Origin: an uncultured Methanomassiliicoccus sp.
GTDB taxonomy: Archaea > Thermoplasmatota > Thermoplasmata > Methanomassiliicoccales > Methanomassiliicoccaceae
Reading direction: 5' to 3'
Assembly: GCA_964426205.1 (NCBI GenBank)
Contig: CAYRPG010000005.1
Location: forward strand, 44,574-108,573
DNA length: 64,000 nucleotides
Under the pieces are notes generated by a model. The model searched no databases, was not told the origin of the DNA, and saw only the letters and a program-made list of their open reading frames with translations. This document shows positions 38,406 through 47,219 of this stretch, piece by piece. The translations under genes and the position numbers were made by a program. The stretch's first letter is position 1; each line of letters starts with the position of its first letter.

Positions 38406-38420
38406 AAAAAGGTTAATTAC
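38406..38420 (+). promoter_or_regulatory. TATA-like box (AAAAAGGTTAATTAC) about 25-30 nt upstream of GTG 38442
   Basis: The only AT-rich element in the short divergent spacer. Confidence 0.3.
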
Positions 38421-38441
38421 TTCTTCGCCTACACATCGACC

Positions 38442-40361
38442 GTGTCCCTGGTACGTCTTGGAAAGATACCTCTCAGGTGGTGCGATTCCTGCAACCTGCC
38501 CGTTCTCGAGATCAAGCAGTGCGGGCGTTGCGGCGGGGCGACCCGTCAGATGGAGATCACTCCGCCCGGCGATGCCCGTCCGGCAACGGCCCATGACATC
38601 GCTCACGCCCGCGAGGTCATAGACAGGCAGTTCGGCCAGGGGTGCGGCGAGGCTGTCCTCAGGGACGGCCATTTCGCTCTCATGAACAAGGCCCCGGCGC
38701 TCGACCGCATGGACGAGATCATCGTCGATGGCAAGGTCACCGGGACGATGCGTTACGACATCGGGCGGGGGTGGGTCCTTTTGCCCCGCATGTCCGCGGC
38801 CAAGGCCATGCAGCGCGTGATGACTCGGGGCAAGGTCGTCGCCGACGACGGGGCCCTCAAGCCCATACTGGGAGGCTCCAACCTCCTTGCCCCCGGGGTC
38901 CTCTCGTGCAGCGATGATATCGCGGTAGGCGACGAGCTGATCGTTGTCGACAGGCAGGGGCGAGCGTTCGCGGCAGGCATTGCCAGGATGTCCTCCGTGG
39001 AGATGAGAGCGGGCAACAAGGGCATGGCGGTGAAGGTCCGCTGGTGCGAGGCTCCCGAGGACGAGGCCACCGTGAGGGGCAAAGCAGGATGGCCTGAGGT
39101 GCTGGAGGCCAACCGGCCGGAGATGGAGCGCAAGATCGCCGAGGCGGTGAACTTCATGAACCGCGCGATGAGAGAGCGCAAGGTCCCCGCCATCGTATCG
39201 TTCTCGGGCGGAAAGGACTCTCTGGCGACGTATCTGCTGAGCACGAGGACCGGTGCGAAGCTTCCGATCTTCTACATCGACACAGGGCTGGAGTTCCCGG
39301 AGACCGTGAAGCATGTGAAGGACATCGCGCAGCGCCATGGGGCGGAGCTCATCTTCGAGGAGGCGCCGAGGGAGGCGTTCGAGGAGGGACTGAGGGTCTT
39401 CGGCCCTCCGGGACGCGATTATCGCTGGTGCTGCAAGACCAACAAGCTCGGCCCGACGGTCAGGGCCATAACCAAGCACTTCCCCTCCGGCGTGCTGTCG
39501 TTCATCGGGCAACGCCGCTACGAGTCGGAGTCGCGCGCCTCCAAGCCCCGGATCTGGGAGAACCCCTGGACGCCTGGACAGGTGGGCGCGTCGCCTATCC
39601 AGAACTGGACCGCCCTGCATGTCTGGTTGCTCATCAAGGGGGACGGGGAGCCGTACAACCCGTGGTACGATCGCGGCCTCGACCGCATCGGGTGCTTCAT
39701 GTGCCCGGCGTCGGACCTTGCGGAGCTGAAGTTGGTGGAGGAGCTTTCGGAGGGCTACCGCCGCTGGGACGCGGTGCTGAGGAAGCGCGCCGAGGACCGC
39801 GGGCTCCCGGGCGAGTGGGTCGATTACGGCATGTGGCGTTGGAGGGCGGTGCCCCAGTCCATCAGGCAGGAGCTGGAGAAGGCCGGCATCACCATCAAAG
39901 CGGAGCCGAGGGAGCAGAGGACCGGCGAGGGGAACCTCAGGCTGTTCATCCAGAAGGGCGTCTCCCCATGCACGATGGGCTACTCCATCGAGGGGGCGTT
40001 CGATCGCGCCCTCCATCTCGACCGCGTCGCCAATCTCATGAACATGGCCGGCGAGGTCACCGTCAGCGAGGATGAGGGCTGGGCGGCCGTGGACGGTATC
40101 ACCGTCTTCGACGAGGGTGCGCTCATGGGCAAGAACGCCGACGCAGAAAAATTGAAAGAAAAGGTTGAGAGGGTGCGGCGGACGGTGGTCAAGGCCGAGG
40201 AGTGCGTCGGATGCGGCGTGTGCACCGGAAGATGCAGCGAGGGTGCACTTAGGCTAGAGCTGGGACGGATCCACGTAGAGGTTGGTAAATGCGTCCATTG
40301 CGGTCGCTGCGTGGAACCGTGTCCGGCCATCACCTTCGGTGACAACGCCTTTGATTTCTGA
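38442..40361 (+). CDS. zinc-ribbon / PUA / PAPS-reductase-like PP-loop / 2x[4Fe-4S] ferredoxin multidomain protein
   Basis: WCDSCNLPV...CGRCG ribbon, a PUA-like segment, the PP-loop FSGGKDS, and C-terminal CVGCGVCTGRC and CVHCGRCVEPC. The start is uncertain (TTG 38373 or GTG 38442). Confidence 0.7.
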   Translation: MSLVRLGKIPLRWCDSCNLPVLEIKQCGRCGGATRQMEITPPGDARPATAHDIAHAREVIDRQFGQGCGEAVLRDGHFALMNKAPALDRMDEIIVDGKVTGTMRYDIGRGWVLLPRMSAAKAMQRVMTRGKVVADDGALKPILGGSNLLAPGVLSCSDDIAVGDELIVVDRQGRAFAAGIARMSSVEMRAGNKGMAVKVRWCEAPEDEATVRGKAGWPEVLEANRPEMERKIAEAVNFMNRAMRERKVPAIVSFSGGKDSLATYLLSTRTGAKLPIFYIDTGLEFPETVKHVKDIAQRHGAELIFEEAPREAFEEGLRVFGPPGRDYRWCCKTNKLGPTVRAITKHFPSGVLSFIGQRRYESESRASKPRIWENPWTPGQVGASPIQNWTALHVWLLIKGDGEPYNPWYDRGLDRIGCFMCPASDLAELKLVEELSEGYRRWDAVLRKRAEDRGLPGEWVDYGMWRWRAVPQSIRQELEKAGITIKAEPREQRTGEGNLRLFIQKGVSPCTMGYSIEGAFDRALHLDRVANLMNMAGEVTVSEDEGWAAVDGITVFDEGALMGKNADAEKLKEKVERVRRTVVKAEECVGCGVCTGRCSEGALRLELGRIHVEVGKCVHCGRCVEPCPAITFGDNAFDF

Positions 40362-40418
40362 CCTTCCGAACAAATAGATGAGGGAAGGGGTTTCCGAGCT
40401 CCTCGATAGCCCCCGCGT

Positions 40419-41654
40419 TCACCGCACGAAGTCTATCCCATCGTCGTCGTATGAGCCTCTTTGCTGGGGCCTGGCGGCGGGCTGGGGCTGGGCACCGAGC
40501 TTGGGCTTGGGAATGTCGCTCTCAAGGGCACCGAGCCTGCTGGTAGGCTGTCCGCCCTTGCCGTACATGTACTTGGACGAAGCGCCGGTGACGATCAGGA
40601 GGATCTTGATGGTGCCCTCCAGCTCGGGATCGACGGAGCAACCCCAGATTATCCTGGCGCGCTCGTTGACGCTGTTGGTTACGATCTCGGCAGCTCTCTG
40701 GGCCTCTCCGACGGACATGTCCGGACCACCGACGACACGGATAAGCGCGCCCTTGGCGTCCTTCAGGTTGATCTCGCCCAGCAGCGGAGAGGTCAGTGCC
40801 TCGTGGACCGCGGCCTTGACCCTGTCGTCCTCTTCGGTGTTCGCCTCGCCGATGCCGACGAACGCGACGCCGCCTTCCTTCATGACGGTCTGTATATCGG
40901 CGTAGTCGAGGTTGACCAGGCCGGGCTTGGTGATGATCTCGGTCAGGCCCTTGATCGTCTGCATGAGGACCTCGTCCGCAACCTTGAACGCCGCGTCAAC
41001 GGGGAGCTTGGGGACCAGCTCGAGCAGCTTGTCGTTGGGGACCACGATGGTGGTGTCGCAAACCGACCTGAGCTTGTTGAGGCCGATCATTGCGTTCTCG
41101 GCGCGGACGGTACCTTCGGCCTTGAACGGGAAGGTGACCACACCGATGGTGAGCGCCCGGATCTGCTCCTTGGCGATGGAAGCTACATAGTGAGCGGAAC
41201 CGGTACCGGTGCCGCCGCCCATCCCTGCGGTGACGAACACGATGTTGGATCCGGTCAGGAACTGGCGGATATCATTGTCGTTCTCCCTGGCGGCCGCCTC
41301 TCCGTTCTCGGGAAGCGCACCGGCACCCATTCCCCGGGTGGTGCTCTTTCCGATGAGGATCTTCTTCGGCGCACGGATGGTCAGGAGGTGCTTCGCGTCG
41401 GTGTTGATGGCACAAAGCTGAGCTCCGCTGATGCCGGCATCCACGCAGCGGTTGATGGTGTTCGAGCCGCCGCCACCGCACCCGATGATCTTGATACAGA
41501 CATCAAGCTTGGCGGCCATCTCCATGATCTCTCTGTCGGCGTCCGACAGGGCCTGCTCCGGGGCAGGGACATAAGCTGGAGCAGCGACTGGCTGAGTCAC
41601 TAGCTTCTTCTCGTAGTCACTCCCTAGAGCGTTCTTTACCAACGAATTTGGCAT
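40419..41654 (-). CDS. ftsZ: cell division GTPase FtsZ
   Basis: GCGGGGSN and the GGGTGTG tubulin signature. Confidence 0.9.
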   Translation of the reverse strand: MPNSLVKNALGSDYEKKLVTQPVAAPAYVPAPEQALSDADREIMEMAAKLDVCIKIIGCGGGGSNTINRCVDAGISGAQLCAINTDAKHLLTIRAPKKILIGKSTTRGMGAGALPENGEAAARENDNDIRQFLTGSNIVFVTAGMGGGTGTGSAHYVASIAKEQIRALTIGVVTFPFKAEGTVRAENAMIGLNKLRSVCDTTIVVPNDKLLELVPKLPVDAAFKVADEVLMQTIKGLTEIITKPGLVNLDYADIQTVMKEGGVAFVGIGEANTEEDDRVKAAVHEALTSPLLGEINLKDAKGALIRVVGGPDMSVGEAQRAAEIVTNSVNERARIIWGCSVDPELEGTIKILLIVTGASSKYMYGKGGQPTSRLGALESDIPKPKLGAQPQPAARPQQRGSYDDDGIDFVR

Positions 41655-41778
41655 AAGTGCATCCCTCGTCAGACGGAACCGCCTCTCTGGAATATAAATT
41701 TTGCGAGTTCCATATGGTCGATTAAAATATACTGGTGATATTCATGCGGCCCATAGTAGAACTGGACAGCGATGTCCC

Positions 41779-42948
41779 TTACAGCTGATCATTGTCTGAC
41801 GCGGGTCGGACGTCCTCACGACCCATGATCTCGACAGGAAGGACGACGACATGAACGCTGGCCGCCTTCTCGAGGTCCCTGAACCCCTCGAGGTATGCTC
41901 CCTCGGCGGTCATCGGCAGCAGGTACGAGGCCATCTTGACGCAGCCAAGGCACATGAGATACATGGTGGCCAGCGCCTCCTGGTCCCCGGCCTGGACCCT
42001 CGGCAGGAGGGTGGCCCTGTAGCTCTTGAGGGAGCTGTCGATGTATCCATGTAGCATGCCCATGGCCTTCGTCCGGCGCCCGCCGTTAAGCAGGGTCTCG
42101 ACCGATCCGGCCATCTCGCGCAGGGTCGCCAGCACCTCCCAGTCCTCATCCTTCAACGAACCCATGTCCAGCTGTGGCCTGGAAGTGACGTTCGCTCCGA
42201 CCTCCACCACGATGGAGCGGAGATCATGGCGGAGCTCGGATTCCCTGGTCCGCTCCTCGATTATCTCCCTGGTCTCGTCGAAGCTGCGGTTGCGCGAGGC
42301 CTTCATGGCCTTGCGGAGGGGCTCCTCGATCGAGCTGCTATAAACACCCATCCTGGACAGGTCGGGGGCCATCTTCAGGAAGTCGGCGAGATAGTCCTTC
42401 AACTGTTCCGAACTGCGGTAGCGGTGCTTCGCATGGTCGAGACAGAAGCCGATGTCCCTTACCGACAGCATGACCTCCCCGTCCATGAACGTCTCCCTGG
42501 ACAGCTCGGCGAGGGACACTATGTCATCCACCGGGACGTCCTTGCGCTTGGACATCGCCACTAGCAGCATCGTCTGCTCGTAGAGGGAGGCATAGACCAC
42601 CGCGTGCGGTCCGATCGTCTCCCCCAGGAAGCTCTGCACGGCCTTGCGGACGTTGCGGTTTGGGTGGACCATCTCCCCCATGATGAGGCTGAGGACCGCC
42701 CTGTCCTTCGCCATCTCGGAAAGGACGCCGAGGATGAACCTCCTCACGCGCTCGTCCTCGCTCCCGTAGTTCCTGAGGAGCAACCGCACTGTCTCCTGGG
42801 GCTTGGTGCTGGCTCGCTTCAGCAGCTTTCGTCTGATCCGGGTGGTGCCCGATTCGAGGTCGGAGGCGAAGGAGTCGAGCATGCTCGCCTCAAGCCGTTC
42901 CTCCTTGTACTTCGCACCGAAAATACCAACGAACGACATCGGCCTCAC
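41779..42948 (-). CDS. hypothetical helical-repeat (HEAT-like) protein upstream of ftsZ
   Basis: 389 aa, all-helical, with a HEAT-like segment (EDERVRRFILGVLSEMA...HPNRNVRKAVQSFLGE). Confidence 0.55.
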   Translation of the reverse strand: MRPMSFVGIFGAKYKEERLEASMLDSFASDLESGTTRIRRKLLKRASTKPQETVRLLLRNYGSEDERVRRFILGVLSEMAKDRAVLSLIMGEMVHPNRNVRKAVQSFLGETIGPHAVVYASLYEQTMLLVAMSKRKDVPVDDIVSLAELSRETFMDGEVMLSVRDIGFCLDHAKHRYRSSEQLKDYLADFLKMAPDLSRMGVYSSSIEEPLRKAMKASRNRSFDETREIIEERTRESELRHDLRSIVVEVGANVTSRPQLDMGSLKDEDWEVLATLREMAGSVETLLNGGRRTKAMGMLHGYIDSSLKSYRATLLPRVQAGDQEALATMYLMCLGCVKMASYLLPMTAEGAYLEGFRDLEKAASVHVVVLPVEIMGREDVRPASDNDQL

Positions 42949-43167
42949 CGGTTGCTGGAAGGAAGCATCGTGAGCTACAAATAGATTCGCCTCCAGATAT
43001 TATATTCTGCTAGGCAGGGACATCCTTGCGGCATCATCGCCAAGAAAACCCACTATCGGCGCCCGTTGTTTTTCCCAAGCATGCTGGATGGCCAGTCCGG
43101 AATATTTTTATCAAAACCTATATATGGCCGCGGCTCATTAGGCAAAAAATCGGGAACGAGGAATACC

Positions 43168-43527
43168 ATGAGCGAGCTTTCACCTGTGAGAAGCGCATTG
43201 GACCAGATCAAGAATCAAGATCACGTCCTCGACGCTTCGCTGGTGTCCCGCGGAGGCATGTACATCATGGGCGGACCCCTCAAAGGGATCCACCGTGAGA
43301 CCTTCGCGGCCATGTCTGCCATCATCTTCGGCGCAGCGGAGACGACCTCCACCGAGCTCAAGGACAAGCTCACCAAGGTCACGATCGAGCTTACCGAGCA
43401 GACCTTGATCATCGTCGGCATCGGCACGAAGTACCTGGTCACGATCCTGATGGACCAGGGCGGTGACCGCGATAAGGTCACCAACCTGACGCGCGAGCTC
43501 CTGGCGAACGCGGAATCGATCCTCTGA
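43168..43527 (+). CDS. Roadblock/LC7 (MglB-like) domain protein
   Basis: 119 aa from an internal ATG. The pattern ...VLDASLVSRGGMYIMG...TIELTEQTLIIVGIG... is typical of the family. Confidence 0.7.
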   Translation: MSELSPVRSALDQIKNQDHVLDASLVSRGGMYIMGGPLKGIHRETFAAMSAIIFGAAETTSTELKDKLTKVTIELTEQTLIIVGIGTKYLVTILMDQGGDRDKVTNLTRELLANAESIL

Positions 43528-43594
43528 TCGCCCGCACCAACTTCATTTTTCTTCTGCCGACAGCTCTCCAGGCCGAGCCATGCGAAGCCCGGCC

Positions 43595-44254
43595 TTACAT
43601 CCGCCTGAACCCGCGGAGGGACCACCGCATCACGCTCACAATGCCGGAGCGCGCCGACCTGGAGGAGCCTTGGCCCCTGCCGAACGCCCTGGTGCGGCGA
43701 TCCAGTATGGCCCTGATGATGTCGTGATGATCGCGGCAGTCGTCGGGCAGCTCGGTGTACGCCCTCCCGATCGCCTCGTTGTAATGAGCATCGCTCCCCC
43801 CGACCACGGGCGCGGACAGCAGCTTGGCGAGACGCTTGGCGCGCAGGTTGCCGATCCGCTTGGAGCGGCCGTTCGTGGCCTCCACCGCATCGAAGTCGTT
43901 CTCCCTCGTGTTCCTCTCGCCCAGTCCCGACCAGGTCCGATAGGGGTGTGGAGCGATGGCGATGCCCCCGGCGGCATGGATGAGCTCGATGGTCTCGGCC
44001 ACTGAGCGCCCGCGGGGTACGGGGGCCGATATGCCCATGGCCAGGATGTGGCCGCCCTCCGAGGTGACCTCCATGCCCGGAACGACGATTATGCCGGACC
44101 CGAGGGCCTCCGCTTCCTTGTGGGCCTCGAAGGCGTTGTGGTCGGTGATGGCCACAGCGCCTATCCCCAGCTCCTTGCACCTCGCAAGTATCTCCGCTAC
44201 CGTCTGCTTGCCGTCGTCGGAGAAGGTGGAATGAACGTGCAGATCGGCCCTCAT
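43595..44254 (-). CDS. PHP-domain metal-dependent phosphoesterase
   Basis: DLHVHSTFSDD, ITDHN and GGSDAH motifs. ATGA overlap with the metG stop. Confidence 0.75.
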   Translation of the reverse strand: MRADLHVHSTFSDDGKQTVAEILARCKELGIGAVAITDHNAFEAHKEAEALGSGIIVVPGMEVTSEGGHILAMGISAPVPRGRSVAETIELIHAAGGIAIAPHPYRTWSGLGERNTRENDFDAVEATNGRSKRIGNLRAKRLAKLLSAPVVGGSDAHYNEAIGRAYTELPDDCRDHHDIIRAILDRRTRAFGRGQGSSRSARSGIVSVMRWSLRGFRRM

Positions 44255-46467
44255 CTTATGGTGGCCCCGCTGGGCAGCCTGGGATCGGCGGTCACCGGCG
44301 CGCCCTTGTCGGTAAAGAACGCGAGACCCTCGCCCGCCTCCGGGGTGGGCAGGAACACCGCTATCCTGGTGCCCTCGGGAACATCAGGACAGCGGCACTT
44401 GATCTCCCGCCCGACGTCCACGCGGTCCTTTCCGACCACCGTGCCGACCCTGAGGGTGAGCTTCTGGAAGTCCTTGAACTCGATCTGCTTCTCTCCCGGG
44501 GTCATGCCGCTGTTGACCGCGTCCCCGGGGCTGGCGTCGGCCGGCGGGGAGAGCAGGGTCACGAGCTCGCCCGCCTCGGCGGCCAGCAGCATGCCCTGCG
44601 ACTCGTAGCCCCGAAGCTTGGCCGGCTTGAGGTTGGAGACCACGACGACCTTCCTTCCCTTAAGCTCCTCCGGAGAGTAATAGGCCTTGAGGCCGGCCAC
44701 GATCTGCACCTTCCTTCCGATGTCCACCTGCATCAGCAGGAGGGAGTCGGCGTTGGGGTGGTTCCCCGCCTCGACGATCTGCCCCACCCTGAGGTTGAGA
44801 GCGCTGAACCCCTTGAACACCGAGCCCGCATCCTCCTTCTCCACAGATATCTTGGAGAACAGCGGCCTCGGCTCCTGCAGCTTCTGCCCGCCCTTCAGGG
44901 TCACATCGATAGCTTTCCAGCCTTCCGATATGATGTCCCCGTCCTGGCCGAGCAGCCTCCATGCTCCCTTGGCCGAGCGGGGCATGAAGGGATAGCTCAT
45001 GACCGCCAGGGCCTTCACCAGTTCGAGGTTCAGGTTGAGGGCGGAGCCGCAGGCCTCGCGGTCCTTCTTGATGAGCGCCCACGGGCCGACCCCGTCGAAG
45101 TACCGGTTGCCGAACTGGGCGAGGTCCATGATGCCCTTCAGGGCACGCTTGAACTCGCATGCCTCCAGGTCGGAAGCCACTTGCTTCTTGGTGACCTCGA
45201 TGGCGTCCATGACCTCCTTGCGGTCCGCGTCCGAGCCCTTGTACTCGGGCACGATGCCGAAGTGCTTGTAGGTGAAGCTGAGGACGCGGTGGTAGAAGTT
45301 GCCGAGGGTGGCCACCAGCTCGTTGTTGACCTTGGTCTCGAAATCGCTCCAGGAGAAGTCAGCATCCTTGTTCTCGGGCATGTTGACCGCCACGTAGTAG
45401 CGGATGGCATCGACCTCGAACTTATCCAGCATGGACGGGATGTCGATGCTGTTCCCCCGGCTCTTGGAGAGCTTGTCGCCCTTGAAGGTGAGGAACTCGT
45501 TGGCCGGGACGTCGTACGGGAGGTTCATCCCTCCGTAGCCCATGAGCATCGAGGGCCAGATGATGGTGTGGAACGGGATGTTGTCCTTACCCAGGAAGTA
45601 GTAGCTGCGCACCGACGGGTCCTGCCAGTAGGCCTTCCACTCATCGGGGCGGCCGGTCATCTTCGACCATTCCTTGGACGCCGAGAGGTAGCCGATGACC
45701 GCCTCGAACCAGACGTAGATGACCTTGCCGTCCCAGCCCGGAAGGGGGACCGGGATGCCCCAGGCCATGTCCCTGGTCACGGAGCGGTCGTGCAGTCCCG
45801 CTTCCAGCCAGTTCCTGGTGAACAGCTTGACCGATGACTTCCAGTTCTCCTTGCCCGAGATCCACTGGATGAGCGGCTCCTGGAACTCGGAGAGCTTGAG
45901 GAAGTACTGCTCGGTCTCCCTCATCTCTGGGGCGGTGCTGCAGTGAAGGCAGGTCGCGTTCTCGAGCTCCCCGCCCTCGAACGTCTTGCCGCACTTCTCG
46001 CACTGGTCGCCCCTCGCCCTCTCGTTGCCGCAGAAGGGGCACTTGCCCTCCACATAGCGATCGGGAAGGAACTTCTCGCACTTGGGGCAGTAGTACTGCT
46101 GGGTGCCCTTCTTGTAGAGGTAGCCCTTGTCCTTGAGGGTCAGGAAGACGTCGTTGACGACCTCGATGTGGTTCGGGGTATGCGTCTTGGTGAAGAGCGA
46201 GAACTCGATGTCCAGCCCCTCGATCGCCTTCTTGTTGATCGCATGATACCGTTCCGCGATGACCTCGGGGGTCACCCCCTCCTTGTCAGCCTTTACGGTG
46301 ATGGGCGTGCCGTGCTGGTCCGATCCGGAGACCATCAGGACCTCGTCGCCGATCAGGCGGTGATACTTCGAGAATATGTCAGGAGGCAACAGGGAACCGG
46401 CCACATGCCCCAGGTGGATGGGGGAGTTCGCGTATGGCCAGGCAACGCACACTAGAACCTTTACCAT
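44251..46467 (-). CDS. metG: methionine--tRNA ligase with C-terminal Trbp111/EMAPII-like tRNA-binding domain plus an extra partial OB-like segment
   Basis: HLGH (HIGH-type) and KLSKS (KMSKS-type) motifs, a zinc knuckle, and LNLRVGQIVEA...NLKPAKLRG. This is followed by a second LTLRVGTVV segment. Confidence 0.9.
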   Translation of the reverse strand: MVKVLVCVAWPYANSPIHLGHVAGSLLPPDIFSKYHRLIGDEVLMVSGSDQHGTPITVKADKEGVTPEVIAERYHAINKKAIEGLDIEFSLFTKTHTPNHIEVVNDVFLTLKDKGYLYKKGTQQYYCPKCEKFLPDRYVEGKCPFCGNERARGDQCEKCGKTFEGGELENATCLHCSTAPEMRETEQYFLKLSEFQEPLIQWISGKENWKSSVKLFTRNWLEAGLHDRSVTRDMAWGIPVPLPGWDGKVIYVWFEAVIGYLSASKEWSKMTGRPDEWKAYWQDPSVRSYYFLGKDNIPFHTIIWPSMLMGYGGMNLPYDVPANEFLTFKGDKLSKSRGNSIDIPSMLDKFEVDAIRYYVAVNMPENKDADFSWSDFETKVNNELVATLGNFYHRVLSFTYKHFGIVPEYKGSDADRKEVMDAIEVTKKQVASDLEACEFKRALKGIMDLAQFGNRYFDGVGPWALIKKDREACGSALNLNLELVKALAVMSYPFMPRSAKGAWRLLGQDGDIISEGWKAIDVTLKGGQKLQEPRPLFSKISVEKEDAGSVFKGFSALNLRVGQIVEAGNHPNADSLLLMQVDIGRKVQIVAGLKAYYSPEELKGRKVVVVSNLKPAKLRGYESQGMLLAAEAGELVTLLSPPADASPGDAVNSGMTPGEKQIEFKDFQKLTLRVGTVVGKDRVDVGREIKCRCPDVPEGTRIAVFLPTPEAGEGLAFFTDKGAPVTADPRLPSGATIR

Positions 46468-46740
46468 TATACCGGCCAGTGGATTGTGGAGGAAGGATTT
46501 AACTCATGCGGGGGGAAGCCCCTCTCCATGTGAACGCAAGATGAAGGCCATCATGTCGGAAGGCTCTGAAGAGCGTGAGGGTCGGATGATCATCGCCGCC
46601 GGAAAGTATGAACTGAGAGGGATCAGCGCAACGATCTTCAGCACAGGTTGGCGAAACAGCATGTCGGCGATCATGACCTCATCATCACCGAAAAATTGGG
46701 TCCGGAAAACAGGCTAAGGCATCACGTGCTAACGGGAACG

Positions 46741-47200
46741 ATATCGGACGCTCCATGGAGCTTGTTCGATCGGAAGCTGGCACGCGGGGCTTAGAGCGCC
46801 GGTAAGCCACTCGTTCAGGCAAATGCGAAGGTACGAGCCGGACATGCCCCACTCGTGAAAGAATTGAAAAAGGACCAATGATCAACGAGCTCATTGCGGC
46901 CCTTGCGGATCCACGGACATCGTGACCATGCATCCATCCCCGTGGTCGTTGGTCTGGGAACACGGAGGGTGCGGTCGGAAGAGAGGAGCTCACGCTTGCG
47001 GACAAGCGACCGCCACGGCCGTCGGCGAGCGGGCTGCAGGCCAAGTGGATCGAACAAGGAGCCTCGCTCGCCAGGGCGGGGGAGTTCACCGATATGGCGG
47101 ATCGCTCCCGATGATAGGTCCGCCCCCGGACTGGGCAACCCTCGGTGATGTGCGCGTGAGCTTGAGCCACGAGCGCCATCTGCCTGTCGCTCGCCCCCTG
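46741..47200. ncRNA. candidate large structured RNA of unresolved class and strand
   Basis: GC-rich and without a protein-like ORF, whereas the other large spacers here are AT-rich. Many perfect helices, including long-range pairs (46761-46771 with 47048-47058; 46816-46825 with 47177-47186). See the corresponding finding for details. Confidence 0.4.
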
Positions 47201-47212
47201 TTTCCCATCATC

Positions 47213-47219
47213 TTTTTAT
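47213..47219 (+). promoter_or_regulatory. TATA-like box (TTTTTAT) about 30 nt upstream of the abce1 ATG; could equally be an oligo-T terminator for a plus-strand RNA or a minus-strand TATA
   Basis: The only AT-rich element between the structured region and the ATG at 47243. Confidence 0.3.

Noticed and set aside
38310-40016. 568-aa minus-strand ORF
   Set aside because: It is antisense to the PUA/PAPS-reductase-like gene and has junk composition (Arg/Leu/Pro/Gly/Ala-rich). The same reasoning applies to 4996-6510, 6580-7323, 7546-8592, 14394-15659, 17147-18457, 25115-26281, 30932-32377, 40461-41603, 44758-45837, 49647-50426, 58685-60112, 58840-60192, 60504-61736 and similar track entries.
46750-46761. 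Palindrome GCTCCATGGAGC
   Set aside because: The loop is too short (2 nt) for a hairpin. It is probably just a palindromic NcoI-type site adjacent to the long-range pairing element.
46741-47200. Archaeal SRP (7S) RNA as the identity of the structured block
   Set aside because: I found no helix-8 type GGAAG...AGCAGC motif on either strand, and the 5' and 3' halves do not form the continuous helix-5 rod expected of SRP RNA. GGGTCCGGAAAACAGGCTAAGG at 46698-46719 resembles the 4.5S motif only superficially.
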